From an uncultured Anaerolineaceae bacterium (GTDB taxonomy: Bacteria; Chloroflexota; Anaerolineae; Anaerolineales; Anaerolineaceae): a stretch of DNA of 64,000 bases. Shown here piece after piece: positions 27,738-36,377 of the stretch; positions within the stretch are counted from its first letter, which is position 1, and every line of letters starts with the position of its first letter. The stretch spans positions 5,342 through 69,341 of the forward strand of contig CAYOOA010000004.1 of NCBI GenBank assembly GCA_964405455.1, in the 5' to 3' direction. The notes under the pieces are model-generated. The model made no database searches. It was given only the letters and a program-made list of their open reading frames with translations, and was not told the origin of the DNA. The translations under genes were made by a program, and so were the position numbers.

Positions 27738-28712
27738 TTATTTTTCGTAGACCTGGGGATTGGCGCAAAACGGCAGCTTTTCGCCCTTCAACCCGGCCAA
27801 TAAATTATTGACTGAAATCAAAGCCATACGGGCACGAGTGGCTGAACTGGCGCTGGCAATGTGGGGGGTGATGACGACGTTTTTCATGGATAACAGGGGG
27901 TGATCTGCCGGGATGGGTTCGGGTTCGAAGACGTCCAAACCAGCTCCCGCAATTTCACCGGTTTGCAAAGCCCAGGTCAGGGCAGCCGGGTTGACGATGG
28001 ACCCACGCGAGGTATTAATCAAGAAGGCTGATTTCTTCATCAGTTCAAACTGCTTAAAGTCAATCATGTGATGATTTTCCGGGGAGTAATATGCATGCAA
28101 GCTGACGAAGTCACTTTGTTTAAGCAATTCCTCCTGAGAAACAAACTCCGCCCCGGTTTTCTCTTCGGCTTCCAGGTTGCGCTTGGGGTTCGAGTACAAA
28201 ATACGCATATCAAACCCGGCAGCCCGCCGGGCTACCGCCTGGCCGATCCGGCCAAAACCGATGATACCAAGTGTTGCACCAAACAGGTCCGCGCCGGTCA
28301 ACACAAATGGACCCCACGGCCGCCAGATTCCTTTAACGACTTCATTGTGAGCCTCCACTACCCGACGGGCGGTGGCTAGCATCAAGGCCAGGGTAAGGTC
28401 GGCGCAGGCTTCTGTCAGCACGCCGGGCGTATGGCCAACCGGAATCCCGTGCTGGGTGGCAAAAACAAGATCGATATTATCGGTTCCAACGGCATACTGG
28501 CTGACTATCTTCAATCCAGGCGCTGAAAGTACCTGGCTGTCAATTGGGTCGGTTAAAAGGGTGAGCAACCCATCGCATTGATAGGCTTTTTCAACCAGGA
28601 AAGCATGGGAGGGAGGAGTTTCTTCGCCCCAAACTTCAACTTCACAATGATGAGCCAAGAGGTCCAACGCTTCCTGGTGAAGACGGCGGGTAACAAAGAC
28701 ACGTGGTTTCAT
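27738..28712 (-). CDS. D-isomer-specific 2-hydroxyacid dehydrogenase (glyoxylate/hydroxypyruvate reductase-like)
   Basis: 'GIIGFGRIGQAVARRA' NAD-binding fold and the catalytic 'NTSRG...D...ITPHIAS' pattern. Its stop abuts the convergent glycerate kinase stop (TGATTA). Confidence 0.88.
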   Translation of the reverse strand: MKPRVFVTRRLHQEALDLLAHHCEVEVWGEETPPSHAFLVEKAYQCDGLLTLLTDPIDSQVLSAPGLKIVSQYAVGTDNIDLVFATQHGIPVGHTPGVLTEACADLTLALMLATARRVVEAHNEVVKGIWRPWGPFVLTGADLFGATLGIIGFGRIGQAVARRAAGFDMRILYSNPKRNLEAEEKTGAEFVSQEELLKQSDFVSLHAYYSPENHHMIDFKQFELMKKSAFLINTSRGSIVNPAALTWALQTGEIAGAGLDVFEPEPIPADHPLLSMKNVVITPHIASASSATRARMALISVNNLLAGLKGEKLPFCANPQVYEK

Positions 28713-28737
28713 AGGTAGATTATTCTAAAAAGGATAA

Positions 28738-29277
28738 TTATCGTCCTGCGATAAGTACGTTTTTGCTGCGACAAATCATCATTGGAACCCGGATGATTGG
28801 AAGGGTCGGAAAAACAGGTGATGTGATCTGGACATCGTACACGGATGTAAATTCCTCGCGGTTCAGTTCAATAAATTTTGCAAGGTCAGCCCGCATAGAA
28901 GCCCAGAGGGAGCCTTCTGCCCGAAAGGAACTGAATAAAACCGTTACAGGCAGAAGACGGCGGTTGGGTTCAGCAGCGTCATAATCCAACGGCTCAGTCG
29001 TGCTTGGAAGAAGGTGCATCGCCTGGATTTCCGATTTGGGGATATGAATTTCTGGGAATTGGTTCGGTTTGGAGGGCGTGCTGCCAATTACATGAATAAC
29101 CTTGGCGTTCTGAAGCTGAACAATATCGGGCGCCGAACTGGTCTTCAGCCAAGTGCTCACGCGGATCTGGCTGACAACTTTTACATCGCCCAGAAGCATA
29201 GCCGACCGGGTGTAGAGGATGACAGGCATAACTTTTTCGGATGTTTCATTGATTATGTTGCTTGATGAAATGGACAT
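28738..29277 (-). CDS. hypothetical protein (179 aa)
   Basis: ATG 29277 lies behind AAGGTGGGTG. The longer 29325 start would run through the 18-bp inverted repeat. No recognisable motif. Confidence 0.5.
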   Translation of the reverse strand: MSISSSNIINETSEKVMPVILYTRSAMLLGDVKVVSQIRVSTWLKTSSAPDIVQLQNAKVIHVIGSTPSKPNQFPEIHIPKSEIQAMHLLPSTTEPLDYDAAEPNRRLLPVTVLFSSFRAEGSLWASMRADLAKFIELNREEFTSVYDVQITSPVFPTLPIIRVPMMICRSKNVLIAGR

Positions 29278-29291
29278 TTCACCCACCTTTT

Positions 29292-29335
29292 TTTCATACA
29301 GATGGCAAGTCATTAGCCTTGCCATCTGTATGAAA
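29292..29335. repeat. perfect 18-bp inverted repeat with an 8-nt loop in the intergenic region
   Basis: TTTCATACAGATGGCAAG-tcattagc-CTTGCCATCTGTATGAAA, located 14 nt upstream of the ATG at 29277 and 13 nt after the upstream stop. Confidence 0.7.
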
Positions 29336-29348
29336 TATACTCATGGAT

Positions 29349-30368
29349 TTAAAGTGAATACCGCCGCTTAATGGAAGGGATCAGGTATTCTTCGAAGGAA
29401 CGAGTCTGATCAAAATCCGGCTGCCAATCCCAATCAACACGGGCAGCACTGTCGTCAATATCGCCAGGCCAGGAATCGACAATTCTCTGGCGGGCTTCAT
29501 GGGGTTTGAATGTAATCTCAGCCGTGGGGAAATACTTCTGGACAATGGCTTTGAATTCTTCTGCAGTTGGGCTGAAAGAAGTCACATTATAAACAAACCG
29601 GGTCAAGCGCTCGGAAGGTGCAGCTTCCAATTGAAGGAGGGATTTGATTGCATCGGGCATGGCCATGAATGGCAAGCGGGCATCCGGACGAACGAAGCAC
29701 GGATAGGGCTTTCCCTGGGCGGCGTGATGGAGCATTTCGGGACCGTAATCACTGGTCCCACCGGTGGGGATAGTGTCTGAGCTGATCAGGCCGGGGAAGC
29801 GCAGGCAGCGAAAGTCGATGGTATTGGCGGTGTGATCGGCGGCCAGTTGGCGGTAATGGCGGGCGTAATAGCGGCCAAGATGCTCACAATACAGTTTATT
29901 ACAGCCGTACATGGTGGCCGGTTGGAGGAATTCATCTTCTTTGACCTTGCCAACCGAATTCTTAACCTCCAGGCTGGGCAGACCATAAGCGGCTATGGAG
30001 GATGGATAGAGGAACTTGACGCGGCGTCCCTGCCACTGGGATTGTTCCACAGCCAAGCGGAGAAGATTCAATGTGCCCTCTACATTAATTCGGTGGGCGG
30101 TTTCGGGGTTATATTCGGCCTTGGTTGAGAGGATTGAAGCCAGGTGGTAAATCGTCTGAATTTCAAATTCGACCACCATTCGGCCAAGCAGCATGCCATC
30201 CAGGATATCCCCCTGGATGAAACGCTCGCAATAAGGGCGAAGGGATTCATCCAGCGGTTGGACATCCAGGGCAACGACGCTGACATCACCCTTCTCGCCG
30301 AGATGTTTGATCAGGCCGTGGCCAATTTCACCATTTGCTCCAGTGATAAGGACGACTTCTTTACGCAT
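29349..30368 (-). CDS. NAD-dependent epimerase/dehydratase family protein (extended SDR; L-threonine 3-dehydrogenase-like)
   Basis: 'VLITGANGEIGHGL' (GxxGxxG) and 'YGCNKLYCE' (YxxxK). ATG 30368 lies behind GGAG. Confidence 0.78.
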   Translation of the reverse strand: MRKEVVLITGANGEIGHGLIKHLGEKGDVSVVALDVQPLDESLRPYCERFIQGDILDGMLLGRMVVEFEIQTIYHLASILSTKAEYNPETAHRINVEGTLNLLRLAVEQSQWQGRRVKFLYPSSIAAYGLPSLEVKNSVGKVKEDEFLQPATMYGCNKLYCEHLGRYYARHYRQLAADHTANTIDFRCLRFPGLISSDTIPTGGTSDYGPEMLHHAAQGKPYPCFVRPDARLPFMAMPDAIKSLLQLEAAPSERLTRFVYNVTSFSPTAEEFKAIVQKYFPTAEITFKPHEARQRIVDSWPGDIDDSAARVDWDWQPDFDQTRSFEEYLIPSIKRRYSL

Positions 30369-30452
30369 TTTGGCAATCTCCAAGAATGAGAATATATAGA
30401 TTGTACAGGAAATTTGGTGCGATGAAAGACATAAATGAGGCTGATAATGATC

Positions 30453-30490
30453 AGAAAAATTACGCCCCCGGAAGTTCTCCCGGGGGCGTA
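30453..30490 (-). terminator. intrinsic terminator after secF
   Basis: The minus strand reads TACGCCCCCGG-gagaactt-CCGGGGGCGTA followed by ATTTTT. Confidence 0.8.
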
Positions 30491-30497
30491 TCTATCG

Positions 30498-31424
30498 TTA
30501 TGCGGAGGTTGTTGCCTCTTTGCGGTGGAACCAGGTCCGCCACTCTTTCTTTTCCCAAACGACGAGAATGGGAGCGGCGATGAAGATGGATGAATAGGTA
30601 CCGCTGAACAGGCCGATCAGCAGAATGACGGAGAATTCACGCAGGGTCACGCCGCCGAAGAGGGCCAGCGCCAGGAGCAGGAATTCAGAGGTCATCAACT
30701 GAGTGTTGATGGATCGTTGCAGGGTTTGGACAATAGAGTGGTTGACCAGTTTTTCGAAGTCCAATTTGCGATAGATGTTATTGTTTTCGCGAACGCGGTC
30801 GAATACAACGATCTTATCCTGGACGGAGAAACCGATCACTGTCAGCAGGGCGGTCAGGAAGAGCGAGTCAACCTGCCAGCCGAAGAAATGACCGCCGATG
30901 GCGCTGATGGAAACCACCACGAGAATATCATGCAGCATGGCAATGATGGCGCAGATACCATAACGCAGGGCGTTCGGCAGACCGCGGAAGGAGAACCAGA
31001 TGAAAATTACCACCGCCAGGGCAGCGACCCCGACAGCCAGGCCTGCACGCCGGGTTACCTGTTCGCCGATGGTTGGGCCGACCGAGTCAAACTTCTGGAT
31101 TTCAACGGTGGTGTTGAACTTGGTCTGCATTTTTTCAATCACAGCAGCACGCTGGGTATCATCCAGGAAAGAAGAGCGGATGATCAATATATCCGTACCG
31201 CTGGTGGTGATCTTGGTGTCTGTAATGCCCAGTTCTTTGTAGAGATCAACTACATCTGCGGTGGAAGGGAGTGTGGCATTGGTGAATTTTACTTCCAACA
31301 AACTGCCACCTGTGAAGTCAATGGCGAGGGGCATCCCATAAATGGCCATAATGAGCAGCCCCGGAACGATCACGAGCAGGGAAAGCAGGAAAAACCAGTA
31401 GCGTTTACCGAGAAGATTTAACAT
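30498..31424 (-). CDS. secF: protein translocase subunit SecF
   Basis: Six predicted TM helices, 'DFTGGS' and 'HDILVVVSI'. Lies immediately downstream of secD. Confidence 0.93.
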   Translation of the reverse strand: MLNLLGKRYWFFLLSLLVIVPGLLIMAIYGMPLAIDFTGGSLLEVKFTNATLPSTADVVDLYKELGITDTKITTSGTDILIIRSSFLDDTQRAAVIEKMQTKFNTTVEIQKFDSVGPTIGEQVTRRAGLAVGVAALAVVIFIWFSFRGLPNALRYGICAIIAMLHDILVVVSISAIGGHFFGWQVDSLFLTALLTVIGFSVQDKIVVFDRVRENNNIYRKLDFEKLVNHSIVQTLQRSINTQLMTSEFLLLALALFGGVTLREFSVILLIGLFSGTYSSIFIAAPILVVWEKKEWRTWFHRKEATTSA

Positions 31425-31437
31425 TGTTCCTCACCTC

Positions 31438-32871
31438 TTAAGCGCCAAACCACTTGCGCGAAATCTTAGAGCTGACAAAGTCCAGGACCACGTTAAGGAA
31501 GGTACGAGTGATGAAAATGGACGTGAACAGTGAAATGATCACACCCAAAGCCAGGGTGATGGCGAAGCCCTTCACAATGGTGGCACCAAAGGAGGAGCCA
31601 AACCAGAAGAGAATGGCGGAGGTGATCAAGGTGGCTGCATTCGAGTCGCGAATGGATGGCCAGGCGCGCTTCCAACCCAGGTCGATGGCCTGGAAGAGAG
31701 TCCGACCCGAGCGAAGCTCCTCTTTCAAGCGTTCAAAAATGAGGATATTCGCATCCAGGGCACCGCCGGTGGAAAGCAACAAACCAGCGATACCAGGCAG
31801 GGTCAGGGTGACAGGGATCAGCTTGTACAAGGCCAGGGTGATCACACCATAGCAGGCAATGGCCAGGACGGCGATCAAACCATTCAGGCGATAGAAGATC
31901 AGCATGAAAAGGGCGACGATGATAAAACCGGCAATACCAGCCCGCAGGCTCTTGCTCAGGGAGTCGGCGCCAAGGGTCGGGCCGACCACGCGGCTTTCGG
32001 CAACTTTGAGCGGGATGGGCAGGGAGCCGTAGCGCAGTTGGATCGCCAGAGCATTGGCAGAGTCAACTGTGAAGGAACCCTGGATGATGCCTTCGCCCTT
32101 GGTAATGGCACTGTCAATCTTTGGAGCTGAAAGAATGGTTTTATCCAGTACGATGGCCAGATATTTGCCAACATTGTTAGTGGTGTAATCGGCAAAGATC
32201 TTTGCGCCTTCATCCTTTAGGGAGAACTGGATGACAACCTTTCCAGTGTTGTCCGTAGTGACACCGACATCCTTCAACTGGTCACCCGTCATGATGGTCG
32301 TCCAGACTTTATCTTCAGGAGCAACCGTAGCCGTAGGTTCGGGGGTGGCAGCGGTATCAGTTGAAGTCGGAGCCGGGGTAGGGGCAACCTGTGTAGCTTC
32401 AGCGGTAGGGGTGGTTTGAGTCCCCGAAGTTGAAGAAGAGGCTGTGTTAAGCGTGGTTTTAATCACGGTGCCGGGGCTGAGGGGTGAATCACCCATATCC
32501 ACAAATTCCAATTGACCCGTGGTCTTCAACAGAGAGACAACCTGGTCCACATTGGTCGCACCAGGGATCTCGATGATGAAGCGGCGAGTGCCAGCTACCT
32601 GGACAGAGGATTCGGTCAGACCGGTGCTGTCGACGCGGTTCTGAAGGATTTGGCGGGTATCGGCAAGCTGCTGGGCGTCGATGGCTTGATCGGCGGGCAA
32701 ATCAACTTCCAATAACACATTCATGCCACCCTGCAGATCAAGCCCATAAACGGTCTTCATGCTGCGGGTGAAGCTGCCAATTTTCAGACCGGGGTTGGAG
32801 GGAAGCACAACCCAGATTGCGGCAGCCAGGATGACAAAGATCAGTGCTAGATTGATATACTTCGATTTCAT
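31438..32871 (-). CDS. secD: protein translocase subunit SecD
   Basis: 'GLDLQGG' and the C-terminal RND-like TM bundle 'GIAGLLLSTGGALDANILIFERLKEE'. Contains a Ser/Thr/Pro/Ala-rich insert (aa 144-186). GGAGG SD. Confidence 0.93.
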   Translation of the reverse strand: MKSKYINLALIFVILAAAIWVVLPSNPGLKIGSFTRSMKTVYGLDLQGGMNVLLEVDLPADQAIDAQQLADTRQILQNRVDSTGLTESSVQVAGTRRFIIEIPGATNVDQVVSLLKTTGQLEFVDMGDSPLSPGTVIKTTLNTASSSTSGTQTTPTAEATQVAPTPAPTSTDTAATPEPTATVAPEDKVWTTIMTGDQLKDVGVTTDNTGKVVIQFSLKDEGAKIFADYTTNNVGKYLAIVLDKTILSAPKIDSAITKGEGIIQGSFTVDSANALAIQLRYGSLPIPLKVAESRVVGPTLGADSLSKSLRAGIAGFIIVALFMLIFYRLNGLIAVLAIACYGVITLALYKLIPVTLTLPGIAGLLLSTGGALDANILIFERLKEELRSGRTLFQAIDLGWKRAWPSIRDSNAATLITSAILFWFGSSFGATIVKGFAITLALGVIISLFTSIFITRTFLNVVLDFVSSKISRKWFGA

Positions 32872-32959
32872 GCTGCTACGGCCTCCAATTCAGACAAATG
32901 CCAGCTCGGCGGCTGGCGTCCGGAGGATTATAACCGTTTTGAGAGTAGATGAACAGGGA

Positions 32960-33355
32960 TTATAAATGGGAGAAATCCGGGGAGGAACCAAGGAGTGGTT
33001 TCAGGTGTTGTAAGACAAGTTGCATAATTTCTGTAGGAGTAAGAGGGTCAGTCATGATATAAAGATCGGCATGCAGGCGCGCATGCGAAAGACGACGCTG
33101 CTGTTCCTGGAAATCTGCCTCGGTCCAATCCAGCCGGCGGCGTCGGGTACTGACTTCAAAAGAGGCATCCAGGAAAACCAGGAAATCCGGGTGAACCAGG
33201 CGCTGCCACATGGTGGGGACGAAGGAGTGTTCCTGGGCAATATGGCGTAAATCCAATTCTAGATGTAAGGCGTGAAGGCCCTGGATCAGGGTGGATTTCC
33301 CGGATCCGCAGGGACCCACCACGCCAACAACCAGGAGATTAACCTTCGTTGGCAT
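32960..33355 (-). CDS. small P-loop NTPase of unknown function
   Basis: Walker A 'GPCGSGKST' near the N-terminus. ATG 33355 overlaps the upstream gene end by 17 nt. Confidence 0.55.
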   Translation of the reverse strand: MPTKVNLLVVGVVGPCGSGKSTLIQGLHALHLELDLRHIAQEHSFVPTMWQRLVHPDFLVFLDASFEVSTRRRRLDWTEADFQEQQRRLSHARLHADLYIMTDPLTPTEIMQLVLQHLKPLLGSSPDFSHL

Positions 33356-34388
33356 GGACGATTGTGGAGACTTTCTCCGGGCGGCCCAGGACGGCCAGGG
33401 TATCACCCTGTTGAATCATGATGCTGGAGGCCGGGTGGAGATCCCGGTTACCATCACGGCCGTGGAAGACGATCGATAAATCGAAAAATTCCTCAACCGC
33501 TGAAATTGACTGGCCTTTTAAACTGGATTGAGGTTGAACCTGTAATCGAGCCAGACAATTTGGCTCTCCTTCGATGGAAATCGTGGGGGTGATATCCACA
33601 TTGGCTGCAGAGGCGGCAAAAATAGGCGCCGCCATGCCAGTGGCGGAAAACGCCCGAAAGCCGAACTGCTCCTGAAGAGAATGGGCAAAATCATCATCAA
33701 AGATGCGGATGATCACCTGAATAGAAGGATTTAAACTACGTGCTTTGAGGGCCATCTGCAGGTTGAGTGAATCGTTCTGGGTGCACAGAATTACCGCCCG
33801 GGCGGAAGGAATGCCGGCAGCCAGTTGAGCTTCGGTTTTTGAGCCATCATCTTCTATGACTGGAATTCCCATCTCCCTGACTTTTAATTCCAAATCAGGT
33901 CGGGCTGGATATTGCACAACCACGACATCCTGTTCGATCAGGGATAATTGCTGTACAACCCGGAAGCCCAGGTGACCCAGTCCGATCAATACCACATGGT
34001 TGGAGAAAGTTGAAGCAACCGCCATTTCCCAATCCTTTCCGCGGGCGCGTCGGTTGAAGAGCATGACGCCAAAATCCGTCAAGCCTTGTGCCAGCAGGCC
34101 GATGCCAATCACCGGCATAATGAAATGAAATGCCTGGAGATACCAGGCATGCGGAAAATCCAGGAAGCCCTGGAGAAATATCAAAGTCAGCATGAAATAA
34201 ACGGATTCGACCAGACTGTCCGGAGCTTCTCCAGCCTGCCTGGCAAGGTAATAATAAATCATTCCGCACCCGATGACGGCGAGCAGAAAGAAGAACAGGG
34301 GCTTTTGGAATTCACGCAACAATAGGCGGAGATCGCGGACTCCAGCCTTGAATTGGCGACTACGACTAAGCGGGCGGTTGCGACTCAT
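33339..34388 (-). CDS. RCK (TrkA-N/TrkA-C) domain membrane protein, ion-channel-like but without a canonical K+ selectivity filter
   Basis: N-terminal TM helices, Rossmann motif 'VVLIGLGHLGFRVV' and a C-terminal TrkA-C-like segment. The pore-like region reads 'YFMLTLIFLQGFLD' rather than T[VI]GYG. Confidence 0.72.
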   Translation of the reverse strand: MSRNRPLSRSRQFKAGVRDLRLLLREFQKPLFFFLLAVIGCGMIYYYLARQAGEAPDSLVESVYFMLTLIFLQGFLDFPHAWYLQAFHFIMPVIGIGLLAQGLTDFGVMLFNRRARGKDWEMAVASTFSNHVVLIGLGHLGFRVVQQLSLIEQDVVVVQYPARPDLELKVREMGIPVIEDDGSKTEAQLAAGIPSARAVILCTQNDSLNLQMALKARSLNPSIQVIIRIFDDDFAHSLQEQFGFRAFSATGMAAPIFAASAANVDITPTISIEGEPNCLARLQVQPQSSLKGQSISAVEEFFDLSIVFHGRDGNRDLHPASSIMIQQGDTLAVLGRPEKVSTIVHANEG

Positions 34389-35112
34389 TTTCTTTGGGAA
34401 TATATTGATCAGCCACTGGCAGGCGAACTGTCATGCGGCGAATCTGACCGGTGGAGTGGGGGTACACCCGCAGGACCACGATGCTCATATCATCGTTTGG
34501 TCTGCCCTGGTCAAGGCGAATGGCTTCATTTAGCAGCGTGTCTGCAATCTCTTGAGGGGTGGGGTCCTGGTCTTCCAGTAAGGATTCCAATAACGTGCAG
34601 ATATCCAGGTTCTGGCCGATGCGGGAACCGGCGTGAGTGATGCCGTCTGTGAATACGACAATCGTGATCCCCGCTTCGAGGTTGATTTCCATGATCGTCG
34701 GTCGGATATTGCGGGCTGTACCGATGGCTGTGCTTTCACCCCCCAGGCATTCGATGGAATCATCCCGGGCAATGAATATAGGAGATGAGTTATTGCGCGT
34801 GATGACCAATGTGCCGGTTTGCAGATCGGCAGAAAGGATATTCAGTGTGGCTGAGACCTTGCCGCTGCGCTCGGTAAAAAGATAATCGGATGCAGCCCGG
34901 GCTGCCGCGCCGTCGCGCACGCCCTCTGCAAGGAGTGCAATCACTTTCCGGACCACCATGGTGGAGATGGTTTTAGCTCCACGACCGGAGGTCTGCCCAT
35001 CCGAAAGAACGACGGAAACGCCGCCGTTCGGCCGCTCGACCACTTCCAGCGTATCACCGCTCTCTGAGACAGCGTATTTATTCGTTTTGGCAACTGCAAT
35101 CTGGATTTCCAT
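34366..35112 (-). CDS. PP2C/SpoIIE-type serine phosphatase domain protein
   Basis: 'SGDTLEVV', 'VLSDGQTSG', 'VVFTDGITHA' and 'NDDMSIVVL', matching the metal-binding Asp pattern of the SpoIIE/PPM fold. Its 3' end overlaps the next gene by 23 nt. Confidence 0.72.
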   Translation of the reverse strand: MEIQIAVAKTNKYAVSESGDTLEVVERPNGGVSVVLSDGQTSGRGAKTISTMVVRKVIALLAEGVRDGAAARAASDYLFTERSGKVSATLNILSADLQTGTLVITRNNSSPIFIARDDSIECLGGESTAIGTARNIRPTIMEINLEAGITIVVFTDGITHAGSRIGQNLDICTLLESLLEDQDPTPQEIADTLLNEAIRLDQGRPNDDMSIVVLRVYPHSTGQIRRMTVRLPVADQYIPKENESQPPA

Positions 35113-35164
35113 GTGTATAATTCTAACAAGAATCAAGTTTCAATGATAGACCCTACCTGCAGGA

Positions 35165-35170
35165 TATAAT
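35165..35170 (+). promoter_or_regulatory. candidate -10 box of a leaderless udk transcript
   Basis: TATAAT followed by exactly 6 nt, then ATG 35177. No SD. Confidence 0.4.
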
Positions 35171-35176
35171 GTACCC

Positions 35177-35827
35177 ATGGCTGAAAAAATCCCCCCCCTT
35201 GTTATTGGCATCGCCGGCGGTTCAGGTTCCGGCAAAACGACCGTGGCAAATTCCATTCTCAAACAGGTTGGCGCGCACCGGATTGCCTACCTGCCGCATG
35301 ATGCTTACTATCGCGATCTGGCAGATCTGCCTTTCAACCAGCGGGTGCGGGTGAACTTTGACCACCCGGATTCACTGGAATCTGAGCTGTTAATTGAACA
35401 CATCATCAAGCTGAAACAATGGCAGGCAGTTGATCTACCCATTTATGACTTTACCCACCATGTCCGCACAGACCAAACCATTCGAGTGGAACCGCAGCGG
35501 GTGATCCTGGTGGAGGGAATCTTGATTTTTTCAGAGAAGACCCTCCGGGAATTGTTCGATGTCAAGATCTTTGTGGATACAGATGCTGATCTGCGATTTA
35601 TCCGCCGGTTGGACCGGGATATTTCAGAACGCGGACGTACGGTACGAAATGTGATTGACCAATACTTGAACACCGTCCGGCCGATGCACCTGGAGTTTGT
35701 AGAACCCTCCAAGCGCTACGCAGATGTCATCATCCCGGAAGGGGGAATGAACACCGTGGCGCTGGATATGGTCGTTTCCCGCGTCGAAGATTTGTTGAGG
35801 CCCGAGCGGGAGCATCCGGGTGACTAA
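35177..35827 (+). CDS. udk: uridine kinase
   Basis: 'VIGIAGGSGSGKTT', 'NFDHPDS' and 'ILVEGILIF...DTDADLRFIRRLDRD'. Confidence 0.92.
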   Translation: MAEKIPPLVIGIAGGSGSGKTTVANSILKQVGAHRIAYLPHDAYYRDLADLPFNQRVRVNFDHPDSLESELLIEHIIKLKQWQAVDLPIYDFTHHVRTDQTIRVEPQRVILVEGILIFSEKTLRELFDVKIFVDTDADLRFIRRLDRDISERGRTVRNVIDQYLNTVRPMHLEFVEPSKRYADVIIPEGGMNTVALDMVVSRVEDLLRPEREHPGD

Positions 35828-36359
35828 AGAAACTCGCAACCGCCTGGTGCGGATAGCCATCCTGGTTTTCGTCATTGGCTTTTCCGTATTATTGTTTGTA
35901 TTACGAGACAAAATCAAGAACCTGGAGGCATTGGGTTATCCCGGCATCTTCTTGATTTCACTTTTCAGCAGTGCAACCATCATCCTCCCCATCCCTGGCG
36001 TGGCCTTTACAGGTGCGATGGGGATGCTTTTTAATCCATTTTGGATCGCCATGTCTGCCGGGTTGGGCTCCGCCATTGGGGAATTCTCGGGTTACCTGGC
36101 GGGATTCTCCGGTCAGCGGGTGGTTCAAAATGCAAAATGGGCCGAACGGATTGAAAGATGGATGAAGAAATATGGGGAAATTGTCATTCTGGTGTTGGCG
36201 TTCATTCCCAATCCATTGTTTGACATGGCAGGCATCTCTGCCGGAATGCTGAAGATGCCAGCCTGGCGTTTCTTCCTGTTCACCTTGATTGGAAAAATAC
36301 TAAAACAATTAATGTTTGCTTACGGTGGAGCTACACTCGGGCACTTTTTTTCAATCTAG
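35820..36359 (+). CDS. DedA/VTT-domain (SNARE-associated) membrane protein
   Basis: Polytopic protein. 'GYPGIFLISLFSSATIILPIPG' and 'GEFSGYLAG' resemble the VTT/DedA re-entrant loop motifs. 8-nt overlap with udk. Confidence 0.7.
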   Translation: MTKETRNRLVRIAILVFVIGFSVLLFVLRDKIKNLEALGYPGIFLISLFSSATIILPIPGVAFTGAMGMLFNPFWIAMSAGLGSAIGEFSGYLAGFSGQRVVQNAKWAERIERWMKKYGEIVILVLAFIPNPLFDMAGISAGMLKMPAWRFFLFTLIGKILKQLMFAYGGATLGHFFSI

Positions 36360-36377
36360 CTTAATAAAGGATTCCAT

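Noticed and set aside
30717-31421. 234-aa plus-strand ORF antisense to secF. The same applies to the many 60-190-aa ORFs antisense to or out of frame with smc, ftsY, the GT4 gene and the histidine kinase gene.
   Set aside because: All are nested in strongly supported genes and show biased, non-protein-like composition. None has an SD or promoter context.
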